Positions 1-14,860 of a stretch of 64,000 nt of DNA are shown here, piece after piece. The notes below the pieces were generated by a model. It saw only the letters and a list, made by a program, of their open reading frames with translations, was not told where the DNA came from and made no database searches. Numbering within the stretch: position 1 is the stretch's first letter; each line of letters starts with the position of its first letter. The translations under genes were made by a program, and so were the position numbers. This stretch comes from Balanoglossus misakiensis (Eukaryota; Animalia; Hemichordata): positions 124,001 to 188,000 of the forward strand of contig CM082591.2 of assembly GCA_040954595.2 (NCBI GenBank), given 5' to 3'.

Positions 1-2613
1 GTTCAAATGACATCACATCAGTCTGACACTTTCTTGAAGCTCTCCCTTGATGAACTTTATCTTTTTCAGTGTATGCATCATAACAGATCCTATAGGTCAC
101 CAGGTGTGACCCATTGACCCAGCCGCATAACCTCATATGAATATAACATTGTTGGTGTCAAACCATATGTGATATAGTATATGTTGAATATGGGTAGGTA
201 GCATTAACTTCAAATGACAAACATTTCTGTGTTTGTGGAATTACACAATCATCACACAAGACTAAAAAGGGAATCTCGTACACCTCTTTCAAAAGTTGGA
301 ATCATGCAAAGAAACACAATTGAATCGTTGAAGATTACTTTGGAATATTGTGCTGGTAACACGTATATTGACAGACACTGGAAAAGTTAGAGCTTTTTGT
401 ACCTAACACAACAATACATCAAATTAAATAATATCAATTCAAGTCCATCCTAGCTGCTAGTTTCGCCAAGACTTCATAATAATGGAACCGAGCAGTTAAC
501 TGTCGTGACAGAAAATAACTAGATATAAAACCAGAATAGGCCATTATTGTAAAGTGGTGAAAGAACACTTCTCTGCTGGCCTATCATTTATGATTACTGC
601 ACGTGTTCTGTTTTCCCCCAAGGAAGCCATTATTATAATGAGACTCTAATAGTCCCATCCCAGACCCCATACATGACATCCTCAATTTTCCACAATTTAC
701 TTTTTGTTGTTGCCCAATGACTCGAATCAGCACGGCTAATAAGTAGAAGCGTATTAGCAGCGCCTGGAGAATTAGCAAGTCGCCTAGCTGCTGTCTATAC
801 TGAACGAGATTGCTGAACCACAGAACCTACAAACATTGCCAATTAACCTTTGACAGATTTTTAGCAATAATGTAATAGTACAGTGTTGTCCTTTCTCACT
901 TCATTAAAATGAAGTGCAGTATTTGCTGTGGTATAAACAACAAACCTTCAAGTTGGCAAAATAGAATACAAACCAAATAACAAGAGATTATGAAAAATGA
1001 ACCTAAACTGTCTGTACAGGAAGTGGGAGAGAAATGAGAATTACGTTTCAGTGATTTCAAAATCATTCATACAATGCATGCATGTGCATATTAATCAAGT
1101 AAGTGTTCCGTAAGCAACCCAATTGGTGAAATGCGTAAGTTGAACACCAGGGTACAAACAACACAAATGCATAAACTGACCGGAGATATCCGCCCATTCT
1201 AATGTACGTGCTGACACACGCATATTTCATTTTGTACCGGTATCATGTGACCGCCCCTTCCACCGCTGAAGTCTGTGCGCGACACATTATTCCAGAGAAA
1301 GCCTATTTGCATGAAGGTTTTTCTGTTCCATGCACATACCATTTACAGTCCTTTACGTAGCAAACATATTAACGTTTAATGGAAATTATTTCCAGCAACA
1401 TGCCTTTCACTTCCTGTTGATATGAAAATAATCGATAGTCTGTGCCAAGTAATATCAGAGCAACTACAAAATTTTGAACGGCTATGTGATATGGTTGATA
1501 TCAACTATATTCAATCCCCTGGAACAACTGTGACGCATTTGATTTATGATCGACTTCAAACAGTAAAAACGTCAACATGTTTTTCACATTGAACATGAAA
1601 ATCCACAAGATTTTGTTACCATGGAAATTAAACTATTCCCATCACAGTCAAATATACATTGACATGATCAATCGGTTGAATCCAAACTTCAAAATGCCTT
1701 TAAAGTCTTGGAGTTAAGTCCCTTGCTTATTGTATTCATTGATTGTCTTGATAATGACTTCATTCATAAGTTAATCTCCCCTTTTACAAGCTCTTGGGTG
1801 GCTAACAATTTTTCAAATTTCAAAGAAACATATAAGCATACATTAGTAGGCCTTTACGTCAAGCACCTTTTTGACTGGGCTATTCAACCTGATTTAGCTA
1901 TAGCACATCCTGTACATCATTAAAAGTAATAACACATCTTCGAATATTAGGCAAATTACCATCATTCGCTTAAAATATTCAACACGTCACTATGACTTTA
2001 TGCAGGAGACCTTTTGAAAACAGGGTTTTCACCATCTTGTTTCCAAAAAATATCACCGCTTTAATTTTTCTGTCAGTCAATTTATTCTCAATTTTAAGAG
2101 AGAATAATCTAAACTTGACTTCAGTCTCTAGAAGACAGATTGACACTGCGGTTGGAGAATGATCTAATTCAACATATGTGTTTGATATCGCATCTAACGG
2201 GCATATTTAAATGATTTGTACAGTTAGCGCTTCTCCAATCATCTCATACCTTTTTTATCAATGGGAAAACGGCTGTATTAACCTCACACGTTTAACTTTA
2301 ACACAAAACTACAGTTAAAGTGGCTCAGACCACACACTTTTCTGTGGACGTGTAGGTGTAGTTATCTCGTCTGTAATGAAGTACCTTGTTCACTATTAAT
2401 ATTTTATTTATTGGATTGCTGACTGTCTCTAATGTTCTTTCAAGCTTAAAGTTCAAAGATAAAAGCCTTACTTTATGCGTCCCTAGTTACCAGTCGATAT
2501 TTGCAACCACTGCCTTAAACTTTGAAATAGTGCCAGAGGGAACATCTTCTTGAGTTAATTCTTTGTCGAAGGAAATCCAACGAACCATTTAATGACTTAA
2601 ATTTAACAATGAA

Positions 2614-2688
2614 AATGATGAGGACAACAATGATGATGATAATGATGATGATGGTCATGATCTTGATGGTGGTGATGTTTGTGGTGAT
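2614..2688 (+). repeat. Degenerate (GAT/GGT)n trinucleotide microsatellite
   Basis: Runs such as gatgatgataatgatgatgatggtcatgatcttgatggtggtgat seen directly. Confidence 0.7.
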
Positions 2689-3051
2689 TTTCTCATAAAC
2701 TTAGGCATTTCTACTCTTTTGAAGATTCATTTAATCTGTGTTAAGTTAATTAATGTGCTCATGTCTTAGATTGTCTTTGTAATCTTCACCACACATGAAC
2801 TAAATGCTACGAAACAGTCAATTTTATGCTGAATATTGTAGATTCATAGATTATTTAAGAATATTGCTTGATCAAAGTAAGCACATTGCCTTCGCAAACC
2901 AATGAAGTTTCAGCGGTAATCCAATTCTCAATGGCATCTCATCGGGTTATAAGATCTTACCTAACAATCCCTTCCAAAGATCCATTGTGTCTGTCATTGA
3001 ATTTTATTTGTGACCAAGACATAATAGAAATAGAGCACCTTTTATTAATAG

Positions 3052-3063
3052 GCCCTGAGGATG
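3052..3063 (+). CDS. Candidate 12-nt microexon (ALRM if phase 0)
   Basis: ttttattaatag|GCCCTGAGGATG|gtaagt; length is a multiple of 3 and the donor is consensus. Confidence 0.4.
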
Positions 3064-3964
3064 GTAAGTAATTTCAACTCTGAAATTAAGTGTATTGCTT
3101 CTATAAACTACTGTGAACATGAGTGTGTGCATTAAAAGCGTCAATAGAATTCATCATTCCATGTTTATGGTTGCAGACAGTGTTTGGCATTCACTTCAGT
3201 TAGGTTGTTGATCATCAAGTGTACTGCGACAGATATTGACTCCCATGCCAGCGGGTGAATGCCCCGGATGTCACTCAGTGGGTGGACTCTATTGGATTTC
3301 ACTAAGATATTCATCCGAATCATCGACAACCATATTTCTTGACAGCCGAATCACTTTCTGATGTAACATTTTTCAAAAGCTCCAGTATGTCTTCACGTTT
3401 GACAAGATGAAGTACCTCAGTACAGAAACGGCAATTGTGAAAACAATGTATGTGCATACTATTACAGTTGTGTACTTTTGCAATAGTGCACAGACAAGAA
3501 ACTTTCTATGCAGATACTGTACTGTCTATACAGCCCCATTGCTGAAATCACCGTAGCGTGCCTTGAAACTGGCCTTCATCTTGTTGAAATAAGGTTTCAT
3601 CCCATCTTGACCTTTCACCCTTGTTACTATCCTTGAAATAATAAAATTTAATTGCCACCACTAATCTCAGTTGGACACTTTTACTGGAACGCTGTAAATT
3701 CCGAAATGGGGCTTTCTGGGACAAGGTCATGCTGTCACTGTGTCTAAATAAGTTTTAACATTATCAGATAATTTAAAACACATTTTGACTTTGGGGTTTT
3801 GCCTCAGAAAATTCTTCTGATGTGAAGTTAAGTGCAGAAAAGGAAGCGTTTTTAAAAGTTCGCCATCATAACATATATTCAGCATGCTGTTATCTCACAG
3901 TATAAATTAATGGCAAACTTGACCGTTTTCTCCATTTATTTCATGTTTCCTTATTGTTTGACAG

Positions 3965-3997
3965 AAAGCAGATTGTTTTGCTCACACACGCCCTACA
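3965..3997 (+). CDS. Candidate 33-nt symmetric exon (KADCFAHTRPT if phase 0)
   Basis: Long pyrimidine tract gttttctccatttatttcatgtttccttattgtttgacag before the exon, gtatgt donor after it; open in all three frames. Confidence 0.4.
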
Positions 3998-6900
3998 GTA
4001 TGTGTACTATACACACTCATTATATTCTGTTTTCGTATTCTTACACCTTGGCGGTTTGATTTTCTCAGGCTGTTGCTGAATACTTGACATGCACAGCATA
4101 GAGTCTGTTGTTAACGCATTTCTATGGTTGGTGCTTTGGAACGTGTTACATAAAGCAAAGAAGTGATTGCATGGATATGTGACTGATTACAGAACAGAAA
4201 TAACCAACCCTCATGAAATTGTCTCATTATTGATCAGGAAAGAAACAAAATGAAAGAAAGGTAGCTTGGTTCATTGAAAACTGTATGCTGTGTATAGATC
4301 AAAGGCGTTAATACAAACAATCACACATATCAGGCAGTAACCATGGGAATGATGGAACACTTCAGTATAATTTTGTACCCTATGGATTATCGCGATTACA
4401 AAAATGTGAAGGCTTGTCGAGCGAAAGACGTTTTGCACCAACGAGACTTTGTATGCCAAGAACAGAGGCAACAAGAAACAGGTCTCATTTTAAACGATCA
4501 AGACATCTGACATTTGCAATACAAGTGGATTTTCAGGGCTTCTTATTTTTTTCATGAAATTTCCTGATACCATCATAATTACTAGTTTGCCGTATTCATC
4601 AGTGATAAGCTGGGTCGCAGTCATAACGTTTACTACTCATATGATGCCTAAATATGCATCCAACCGAGCTAACAGACTTTAATTTATACATGATTACATT
4701 GACTTTTGGTGATAAGCACCTAATCTGGAGCCCAACAGTAATCAATGTTGTCTAAGGGATCCTATCGCCAATTACTGGATTTTACTGATTTTAGGATTTA
4801 TCCAAATCCATTGGGTATGCCTACTTAAAACACAGACGCCTAACAAATGGAAATCCTTCGTTCTTCAGACCCTTTGCAAACCAGAATTCCGTTACAAAAA
4901 CCTCTTGTCTGTCACTGCCAGTCACCTGGCAACCACCCAACACCCACGCAAAACTAATAACCAATCCCGTATAAGCACCCTCCCACCATCCATCCATCTA
5001 CGGTATTCCTCTGTGATCAACTCACTTGGCAACGCAATCAATTCAAGACCTTAGAGAAATTTAGAATGCAGTGGCCAATCCTTTGCTCTGTTAGGTCATG
5101 TCTTACATTTTGCTGACATTTTTGTATGTTACATAACTGACAACTGTTATCTAAAGTGACCCAGAAGATTGAGTTTGATTCACCCGTCTTCACTTAATAC
5201 TTGGTTCATGTGTACTGCTTTCCATTTTCCAGTAGATTCTTACATGCAATTTCACAACACTTCCTAAACTGTGCATTTTACAAATGATACCTCCATATAA
5301 CCTGTCAATGAGAAAAGGGCTTATTGAATTCCATAAGTAGGCTTTTAGTTCCTACTTTAAAGGAGTTTTATATGTAAAATGTTGACACGCAGGCCATAGT
5401 TGCTACAATGCAGAATCTATCGATACGAGTTTGATCGAAAGTTGAAAAACTGCAGCTCTGTGAAATAGTGTTCAATGGTTGTCATTCAATGCAAACCTTT
5501 TGATGCCACTAAACAGTTCTGCTAAAAGCGTGCAAATTTAACTTGATAATTTTATCAGAACTGGCTATTCCTTTTGGCTTAACTACGTTTATTAGCAGGG
5601 GAAAAACAAAAACACTTTCACAACAAGCATTATTATGAATAGCCTATTGGGAAAATAATGAACAATAATCACGTTCAAAACAAAGTGAAAAGTACACTGG
5701 ACTTTAAACAAAATGTATAATTAGTATTTCATGCATGGTTTGTATCTCTCTTGGCGTCGCGTCTTGCAGCCTAGGGAGAACTGTCTATCCCACATTGCTT
5801 CAACTTGGAAAATCCTGAATGCACGCTGTGTTCTTTGCGGCACCTCATCTGATTTCTACAATTCCAGCTAATTATATAACATATGAACGATTCGACACTT
5901 TCTGTATTCCCAATGTGGATCTTCACAGCCAGATAAGACAGCGAGCGCGTCTGTAGTGAGCAAGTTCTTGAGAATACGTTAAGTTTGTCAGTGTTTAGCA
6001 CGTTGTACAGGTGTTTCTATAATGGTTTACAAGCATTTATCACTGATGAGTGGCTGTACCATTCTTTCCATTTAATAACTCTAAAACTGATCTGCTTGCT
6101 TTTAAAAGTTACTTGCAACTGATAAATCACGTGATATCTTTATCGGCCTGCAGTAATCTTGTCAGATACAATCATACCACTTTATATTACGTCATGACAT
6201 CGAATGACTTGCCATATCACCAACATGATTTTTGTTATAATTACAATCGACAAACTCTGATCACATCAGATATGGCATGCTTTCTGATATATTCTAAAAT
6301 TTTCTGGTTTTGGCAACACAATGACATTAAGGTTTATTGTGAGATCTTGTATCTTCTTGTTGAATCTATTCTCTCAGGAAATATGGATATTCAGTCACTT
6401 TCAACAAGGTACAATGTACAAGTGTCTTATATCAGTTAGAATCGCGCTTGACATTTTCTGTGAGACAAGACCGTCCAGCATTTTCTTGGATATTCTGATT
6501 GATGTTATCAGAGAAAACATCTGACTATGACACAGACAGAGGAGTATAAGTATTAAATATTCCCTAAGGTCTCATTACCGTTATTTTCATAATCGCTTTG
6601 ACATGTGAGATGTCTTTGGTTGAGTGAACGTCAATGGATTGGCATTTTTGAATTCTATTTGCTGTTGTTATTTTAAGCTGGTTGACTTAGTGCCTGCTTT
6701 ATCTCTCTACTCACAGAACATGCATTTGTTGAAACCCTTTATTTATATATTGGTTGATTTAAAGTCCCTTGTAGGAAATTGTCTGCACTGTTTTCATGAT
6801 TTTACAAAAACAAAAGCCTATATTGATTTTGATAAAAACATGGTTTCAATCATTCTGTTCAGCTTTTTGCACTGAAATCTGAATGCTTTTCTGAAAACAT

Positions 6901-9067
6901 TGAATGCTTTTTTCGAAAATATGCACTTCGTTGTTAGCGATGGAGATTCAGAGAATTAATTACTTGTCAAGTTCATACAAAATGTTTCATAGTTTATGCG
7001 TAATCCATGCGTCTAGGCTGACTCCACACATGCTGTATTCGTCGTTTATGCAGAGCGAGCTGAAACACAACACCAATACATTGATGTGGTGCGTTTGTAG
7101 CAAACATTTACATTTGCTGTTTGAGGCAAGATTAGTGTTGACATAATCACAATAGAAAAACACAAAATGGGGCAAAGTGTTTACAAACAATCATTCGTAT
7201 CAATATCACATGATACATATCCTTCTTCACTTTGGCCTACATCCAAAGAAGATTTCTCAGAATGGTGTAGTCCATTAGAAGGAACATGTCAATTTCAAAG
7301 GATGCTCAGCTTATTCTGAATATTCTTGCGGAAATGCGTAACATTTTCATTCCTTGTTTGCTTCATTTAACATAATTGAGTTTGGATTTTACACTACAAA
7401 AAGCTTCAAATATGTGAATTTTAACTAAATTGTTGTAAAACCAAACATTCAATGTAGGTATGTACGTATACATGTGGACATTGCTTCCACATTTAACTAC
7501 CAGTGAATCAACAGTAACACAATTATGTTATCCTTTTCTTATTTGACAAGTAATGTCGCACAAAAAGATCTTACAGAATCCCACCAAGAATCGCTGTACT
7601 TATATAGGTTTAAATGTATGGATGAAACGTGATTAGAAGACTGATCTGTCTTTTATGTTTAGGAAACATTAAATATTGATGCTAGATTTCTTTATTCTAA
7701 AGTCTGGACGGGAGATAGTATTAAGGTTTAATAGTTAATTTGGATTATCTGGGTACACCTGACGGCACAATTGTACATTTTCTAAGCTACTTTTTGAATT
7801 GTTCATGTGGAAATGTATCCTGTCTCTGTTTATGAAAAATTAAAGAGGATTTAGGCTTGCAGAGTACTCGTCGTGGCACGCACAGCAAGAACAATACAAA
7901 AGATAAGCATTGTGAATGATATTTAGGAGATGCTTGATTTTAATCATTTGTATGTAAAGGTTGTTGGCAAAGGATTACATTGTCCGATTGTTCAAAGAAT
8001 ATAATCCCTTGAAAATAGCAAAACATTAAGACGGAATCAACCTCCGTATGCGGTCGATGAAACATTTTTTTTTAACAAAGCCAATTCTTTTTGGATTTAC
8101 TTGTTTCCGTTGAGCTGTATGGGTGATTGACATCTCCTAGGACTCACGACACACTTGTCACATGAGATGTTACTGTAGCTATAGATGTTGACATCTTTGA
8201 GTGTTACGTTCATTGCTTTGTCAATAAATAATCTGATTTTCCGGCAGACCAGTTTATTTAGCAATCCGCTGTCTCGGTGTCCTAAATTACTTGGCAGATT
8301 CTATGAAATGACCTGAGGCATAGACGACACTATTGCCACATCTTGCACTCATATATTCTAGGACTCCCCCTTTATGTTGTATATCAATACGATGGAATTG
8401 ACTGTAATCTATTACGATTGCCCAATGTGATAAAGTTGTATCCTAAGGGTAGACAAGGTTGTGATAATTATTACGAACAGGAGACGCATAATTGATTCAA
8501 ACAGCAAGTGTAGAAGATTCTGCAGATGTGATTGGCAGTTCTTCTGAAAGAAATTGACTGATGATAGATTAGGCCTGATTAAATTGACAAGATAGAGTCT
8601 TCATGATTAGTCTTCGTTTAACAAAACTGAAAAGTTATTAGCTACAGATCCAATGCATAGAGAAGCAGCTGAATTTTAGGTGCCTATAAAGACGTCTCTA
8701 TGCAAAGAAAATCAAATCACAACTCCTCGAACGTAGCTGTAAAGTTTTTGATCATAAATTATCAGTTGAGGTCATGATAATAAGCTTATTACGATGTCGT
8801 CATATTGTATGTGATTTACAGTAATGTTATACTAATTCGCAAGTACACACGAAATTAATTCAAAAATCAAGATTTGTGTATTATGTTAGTTTTCTTGTAT
8901 CAAACACAGTTTCTGATGTACAACACCATCAATTCCAGGATCTTTTCCAAGCGCAGATTGTGACATCTCTACATCTATGCTTATAGTATCATATTATGCT
9001 CCATAATCTCTGAGATTAATCTGTCTTAGGTTTTCCAATTACAGGCATTGTAATAGAAATTCAACAG

Positions 9068-9079
9068 GGGGACACTAAA
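9068..9079 (+). CDS. Candidate 12-nt microexon (GDTK if phase 0)
   Basis: aattcaacag|GGGGACACTAAA|gtgagt; weak pyrimidine tract. Confidence 0.3.
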
Positions 9080-11160
9080 GTGAGTTATTATCTTGAACTA
9101 TTTGTGCAAAAGAGCGATTGAATAAGATCTGGTCCAGACCATAAGGTCACTTACAAGGGTTCATTTGATTGGCTATGTCTACCTTAAAAGTACAAGTCAA
9201 AATGAAATGTGATTTTCAGGAGGAATGCGAATGAGGACAAGGACAATCAAAGACACATTTCATTTTTTGACAGCTTCCTATTTGAACTCAGAGATTAATA
9301 TTATACTGTTATATCAGGTGTCAACTATTGGGCAGGATAGCCAACTATTTTCGACAAACCTGATGTCATTTATTGGCTTTTACCAGGGATTTATCATAAC
9401 TGTCTTGACTTTGTTCTGTGTACTTTGTGGTTAATGTGCTGTTTTGACAGCAGTAATATATGGACCCTGATAATTGCCAGAAATAAAATAAGAATATTCA
9501 CTTCTGAAATATATCAGACAATCCCCGGAAAGAGTGCAGTCTAGATGATAGAGATGATATTGAATGTTGTATGTTTCCTATGTATATGTTTTGGGCTATC
9601 CCTACTTGTACGAAACAGATAGCCAGCGTATTCATGTTACCGGCCGGATAGTACAAGATAAAACATTAATTTATCTTGTATTAGGACGAGTTGTTGATAA
9701 ATGAAGGTAACACAATAAGACGTAAAAATGGAATTTGAAGACACTTGGTAAAAGTCACATTTTAGTACTGTGCTTTGAAAACTGTATTACGGTCTAACAA
9801 ATGTGTGTCTAAGCAATGCTACATGTCATTTGCTTTTATTGTTGAGGAAAATCACTGAGCAGATGCAACGTAATCGCAATTCACACTTCATGACTATGAC
9901 ATGACATTTAAACTGATTCTATCACTTAATCAATTTTTACATTATTTTGTTATGAGTTTAGTGCTATGTAGTGTCACGATTGATGTGTACAATTATACTT
10001 GCTGATTACAAATTAGCACTTAAGTTAAAGAGATCAATGTCATTCTATCTGATGAAACACATCTTCAACTTCAGAATGAAGGTAATTGAACACCAATCGG
10101 CAAAAACTATCAAAGGATAATCGAATGAGCAAAGTAATGCAATGATGTGATGTGGAATGTAGTGTTTAGCTCAATCAAAAGCCACTCTGAGCTCTCAGCA
10201 ATTTACGATCTTTACAATTGGATGTACTACTACTAACAACAATGTAAGTGCGACATAAATGGACTTGGAGAGTATTTAATTGAAAGTTATGGTGACTTTT
10301 AAGACAAGTAGTATTCAACCACTGATGTCGTTAAATATATGGGGCAGACAAATCGAGGACAAATCCCTCGCAGAAAAAGTGACATGGCATTTTGAAGTTC
10401 GTGTGTAGATGACATCATGATGTTATCATCACGTAGAACCTAGCACTGCGTAACTGCAATTGACAGATGGTAGCTATGTTACAGTACAGTGACCAAGTTG
10501 AAATCGGATGTATCTGAAATGTACATCATTGAGACGACACCAATCTATCATTTGATTGCATAGCAATGATAAAACATGCAAATATTGAACAATATCCCCA
10601 AGTTGCTCCTTTCCAAATAACTTCGTTATTTATTCAACAGCTGTTCGGCGTCCGACAGACACGCAGTTTCGATCCAACCATCCCTGTGACGTGAGCAATG
10701 TTTATCTCCCTCGGGGCTATTCGCAGTATAACGAACAAGTCACGACATGACTTTTAAGACTATTCGATCTTCTGCCATGGGCATTCTACTGCTGCAAGTA
10801 ACGACAATGTCCGCCGACACAATTATGTCTACTCATTCTGAATGCAATAGTTGAAACATAAACTCAAACGAATATTAACCAGAAGTGTATGATCTTTAGG
10901 TTGTAAATAACGTATCCCACGCTTTCCACATTAATGATCTTGCATTCACTTCGATGAGGAAACTACTTACATCCTGGAATGACATCTCTAACTGTTCTGA
11001 CATATATGATATATGATTATCAAGAAATACTAAAACAAAATGTTTATATGAACATTTTAGTACTGAAATAAATACACTTGAAAGTTGGGGTTCATTAAGG
11101 TTTTGTTAGCCGAGACAACAAGAAGTATGTGGCTTTCTCGAATCGTGATCGGCAATTATA

Positions 11161-11466
11161 TTATACCAGTATATTGATGGTGTAAATCACGCTATTTGAT
11201 TGGTCGAGACACGACACGTGACCGTGATATATTAGCCATATACCACAGTCATATATCATAGTTAAAGAAAATGCCTTTTTAAAATGTTTTATGCAAAGTT
11301 TCAATATACTGGCATAATATAATAGCAATAAAACACCCCCAGCCATGGTATACCACTCGATTTTGACCAGTTCAACTCCATATACGCACTCGCTATCGCT
11401 CGTGCGTATATGTCGTGAACTGGTCAAAATCTCGTGATATACCATGGCTGGGGGTGTTTTATTGCT
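11161..11466. mobile_element. Palindromic non-autonomous DNA element (MITE-like) with a ~143-bp hairpin
   Basis: 11324-11466 is a near-perfect inverted repeat (agcaataaaacacccccagccatggtata ... tataccatggctgggggtgttttattgct, with inner arms gattttgaccagttca/tgaactggtcaaaatc). A 17-bp inverted repeat with 1 mismatch links 11161-11177 and 11301-11317. Confidence 0.75.
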
Positions 11467-14400
11467 TAAATACATCATGGTCATAGTCATGCCCTTTATC
11501 ATGTGACATTTGGAGAAACTAAAGGCACACACATTAAGAAGATATCACAGAAATAGATGTATTTGTGGGTTCTTCATTTCGACTGCTTACTTAGCTGAGT
11601 GTAAAGAGATATGGTGTGTTGTTAGATCAATATGGGTGGCGTCCATTTGACCAGATCTTTCAGTACAACTGCTAACGTTGGAGTCGTGCGAATGTAACAT
11701 TCTTAAGTATAAATGCAATGATAGACAGAACTTGCAACCTGTTGTGATTATATACCATGGACTGATCAATCTAAGTATTGATGTGTGTATTGTAATATCA
11801 AAGCACATCTAGCGAGAAGACACGATAGTTTATAACATGTGTGAACACTTCCTATGATCAATACATTTGCACTACGTTCTATCAAATATTAATTCACATT
11901 TGTGCACATTTTCTGGTAGCGACACAATTATGCTTATTGATCAGACAAACTGATTAGGCAATTTATGCACTGGTTTGCATGCTTACAATTGCAGTCTATT
12001 AGATGTCTGACTGACTGTCTGTCTGCCTTTTTGCGTGTATATCTTTTATTCCATCTGTCCCTCTACCCATCCACCAGTACGCTTGCATTTTGTCTGAGAG
12101 AGTTTCTAGGCTAGCAACAAAATTCTCTGTTGCCAGGAATTATTTATGTGGTTTGGTTCATACTTATAGCGTGTGCATGGAAATATCACATTCCGATCCA
12201 GTATGTCAGAATAGTGCAAACTTTAAGAGCGAGAATGATAGGCTGAGTGATATATGGGAGTGTGTTAGACATTTTCAGTTCAGGAAATTTAACATGAATA
12301 TTTAAAGCCATGCACAAAAATTTTGTATATACTTGTCCTTTTTTATATGAGCTGGCTCTCGATAATAAATAAATAATAATAATAATAAAAAAAGTAAACA
12401 AATCATTTCATCTTTGCTTAGTAGTATTTGTTGAATAAAGGAGAACAACCAAACATAGGTGATATTATAGCTTGACCATAATGGAGTGAGGGAGGTTATG
12501 CTTATCTCAACAGTAATTTTTTAAATCTGCAAATTAACTAGCGATTATCTGTTGAATGTATTGACAGTCATCCTTAACAATTCTATGAGAGATATTGAGA
12601 GCCTTGTACCACAGAATCATTATACAGAGTATCAATTGGAATGTACACGACAAGCATCTTTAACTCCATTCTTAGTTCCTCATAGAAACGAATCTCGCTA
12701 GGATGGGAATGTAGTTAACGCTTGCATCGATGCGTGTTTAATAAGCTTACAGGGTGCTTTATACGAAGTCTCTTTGGTCGTCAAAGAACTATGATCACCA
12801 AAATTGAGCCTTGATTAAAGTTCTTCCTTGAACACTTTGGCTCCCAAAGATCAAACCACAAGACACGCGTAACCTTAGTATAAATGTCACCGGCATTCAT
12901 TAAGTCTATATTAATGCTTTCAAGCTATAGAACTCCACATAGCAGAAAGCCTGATACAAAATTACTAGGCACTAAGTCTTTATAGCAATGAACGATTATT
13001 TGTAAGAACTTTTATTAAACGTTAATGAGAAAGTAAGGGTTATATTTTGGCATTGTGTTGCTAAGTATCAAGTTAAAATATTCTTAATTAGTTTTTAAAC
13101 TATTCAAATTGTTCGTGCTTTTTGGCACATAGCAGTTTTTATTGTGTTGTATGTATTTCAAATATAGCTGACTGTGCAAATCCACTTTTGAAAGGTTGCA
13201 GTCACGCGAGACTATATCTATCTCTCTCTTTGAACTTCTCATTTCCTAGATGATTTTTTTATCAATTTTAATATTCAAAAAATTCATTGACATTATGAAC
13301 GAAGCCTCCTAGAATCTAAAAATAGATTACATTTGAACTGTCTTCAGGAGGGAGATAATAATTTCTGAACTTTAATAATGAGAGCGACAGTGACAGCCCC
13401 GCTTTGCTTTGCTCACCATGTATAGATGGAACTCTTAATATCTTATAACAAGCCATTTGCTCGTCTCCACTTTACAAAATGACCAGTAAGCCTAATTACA
13501 TCATGCTTTTCATTTCTGGTTAAAGATTAAATTACATTTTATCCTAATCTTTAATTATTTTTTTCCGAATGTAATCCCTGGTGAAGTGTAACTTTATGAT
13601 ATATACCAGCCTGAGTCTGCAGAGCATGAATTAAACATATTTTTTTCTTGTACATGTTGTATGAATAATCCTGTGTTTTGATAAAACAAACTATGGTTTA
13701 CACTTGTATATTATTGAAAGGCATATTTATGAGAAACACTAGCAATGGTACGGTATTCTAAAGTAATTCACATGGAAGAATATGCTTGTTTGAAAACAGC
13801 TCCATGCTTATGAATTCTACATTAATTTTCATTATTGCTGTTGGTTTACACAGTCCCAGATAATGTCCAATAAATTGTTGATAACAAATCACCAGTTCGT
13901 GTAGTGACTAAGAATGCCCTCAGCAATTAATCACAATTATGATGAAAATGTAGTTATAAGCTAACTCAATCTGAGTTGTTCTGCAACACATGCTGACATT
14001 CACATGTATTTCAATTTTTAATTCCCCCTCCGGATCATAAGAAGCCTATATGTTATCCGTTTTACCACCAGGGAATAGCTGTTGCCATATCAAGAACGTG
14101 GCGACCGTCCAAATTGTCTGCAGGTCAGGGATTGTCCCCCAAAGGTCACATGTTAACACTGATGAATGCGAATCTTTCTTCCCACACGCAAAACAACACA
14201 TCCCATATATAATATTAATATTACTTGTTTGCCTACAGCATTTAAAATGCCAATCCTGAAAGTTTTGCAAAAAAGAAATACACATCAATAGGGGAATCAT
14301 GATTAAGACAACATTCTTTGATAAAATATCTACCCTTAGCCAATATTAAACAATAGTGCTTTCCCATAAAGATAAACCGTTGTGAATCAAAATGAGGGCG

Positions 14401-14827
14401 GTTGTCGATTGGAATGTTTCAAAGCAAGACATGAACAGCACTTTTCGTCCTTTCTTAATTGTTTGAGCAATGTTCCAACCACCTTAAAATCTTTCATTCT
14501 GTTTTTAAAATGATAATGATTTTTATTTTTTAGTAACAATATTGACTACCTCTAGAAAGGCCTCTTCCACAAATACAACATGATATATTTTGCACACGAT
14601 TGAAATAATTTTTAAATAATAATCCTGCAGTGGGAGGTACATAAAGAATAGCTCTCAATTGTTTGTCGTGTATCGGTTTCTGCCTCATTACAGTTAAATG
14701 ATCTCAAACACACGAAATCAATATGCGTTATATGAGTTCACTTTCATCACAGTTATACAACTGTATTTACACACACATGTCTCAGTGTGGTTCTGTACAC
14801 GTATTCATAACATTCTAAATTTCATAG

Positions 14828-14860
14828 ACAGAGGTTGCCCTGTACAAAAGGCACCCCAAA
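14828..14860 (+). CDS. Candidate 33-nt symmetric exon (TEVALYKRHPK if phase 0; xRGCPVQKAPQ if phase 1)
   Basis: cattctaaatttcatag|ACAGAGG...CCCAAA|gtgagt. Confidence 0.35.

Noticed and set aside
11161-11532. 123-aa ORF
   Set aside because: Arises from the palindromic repeat element
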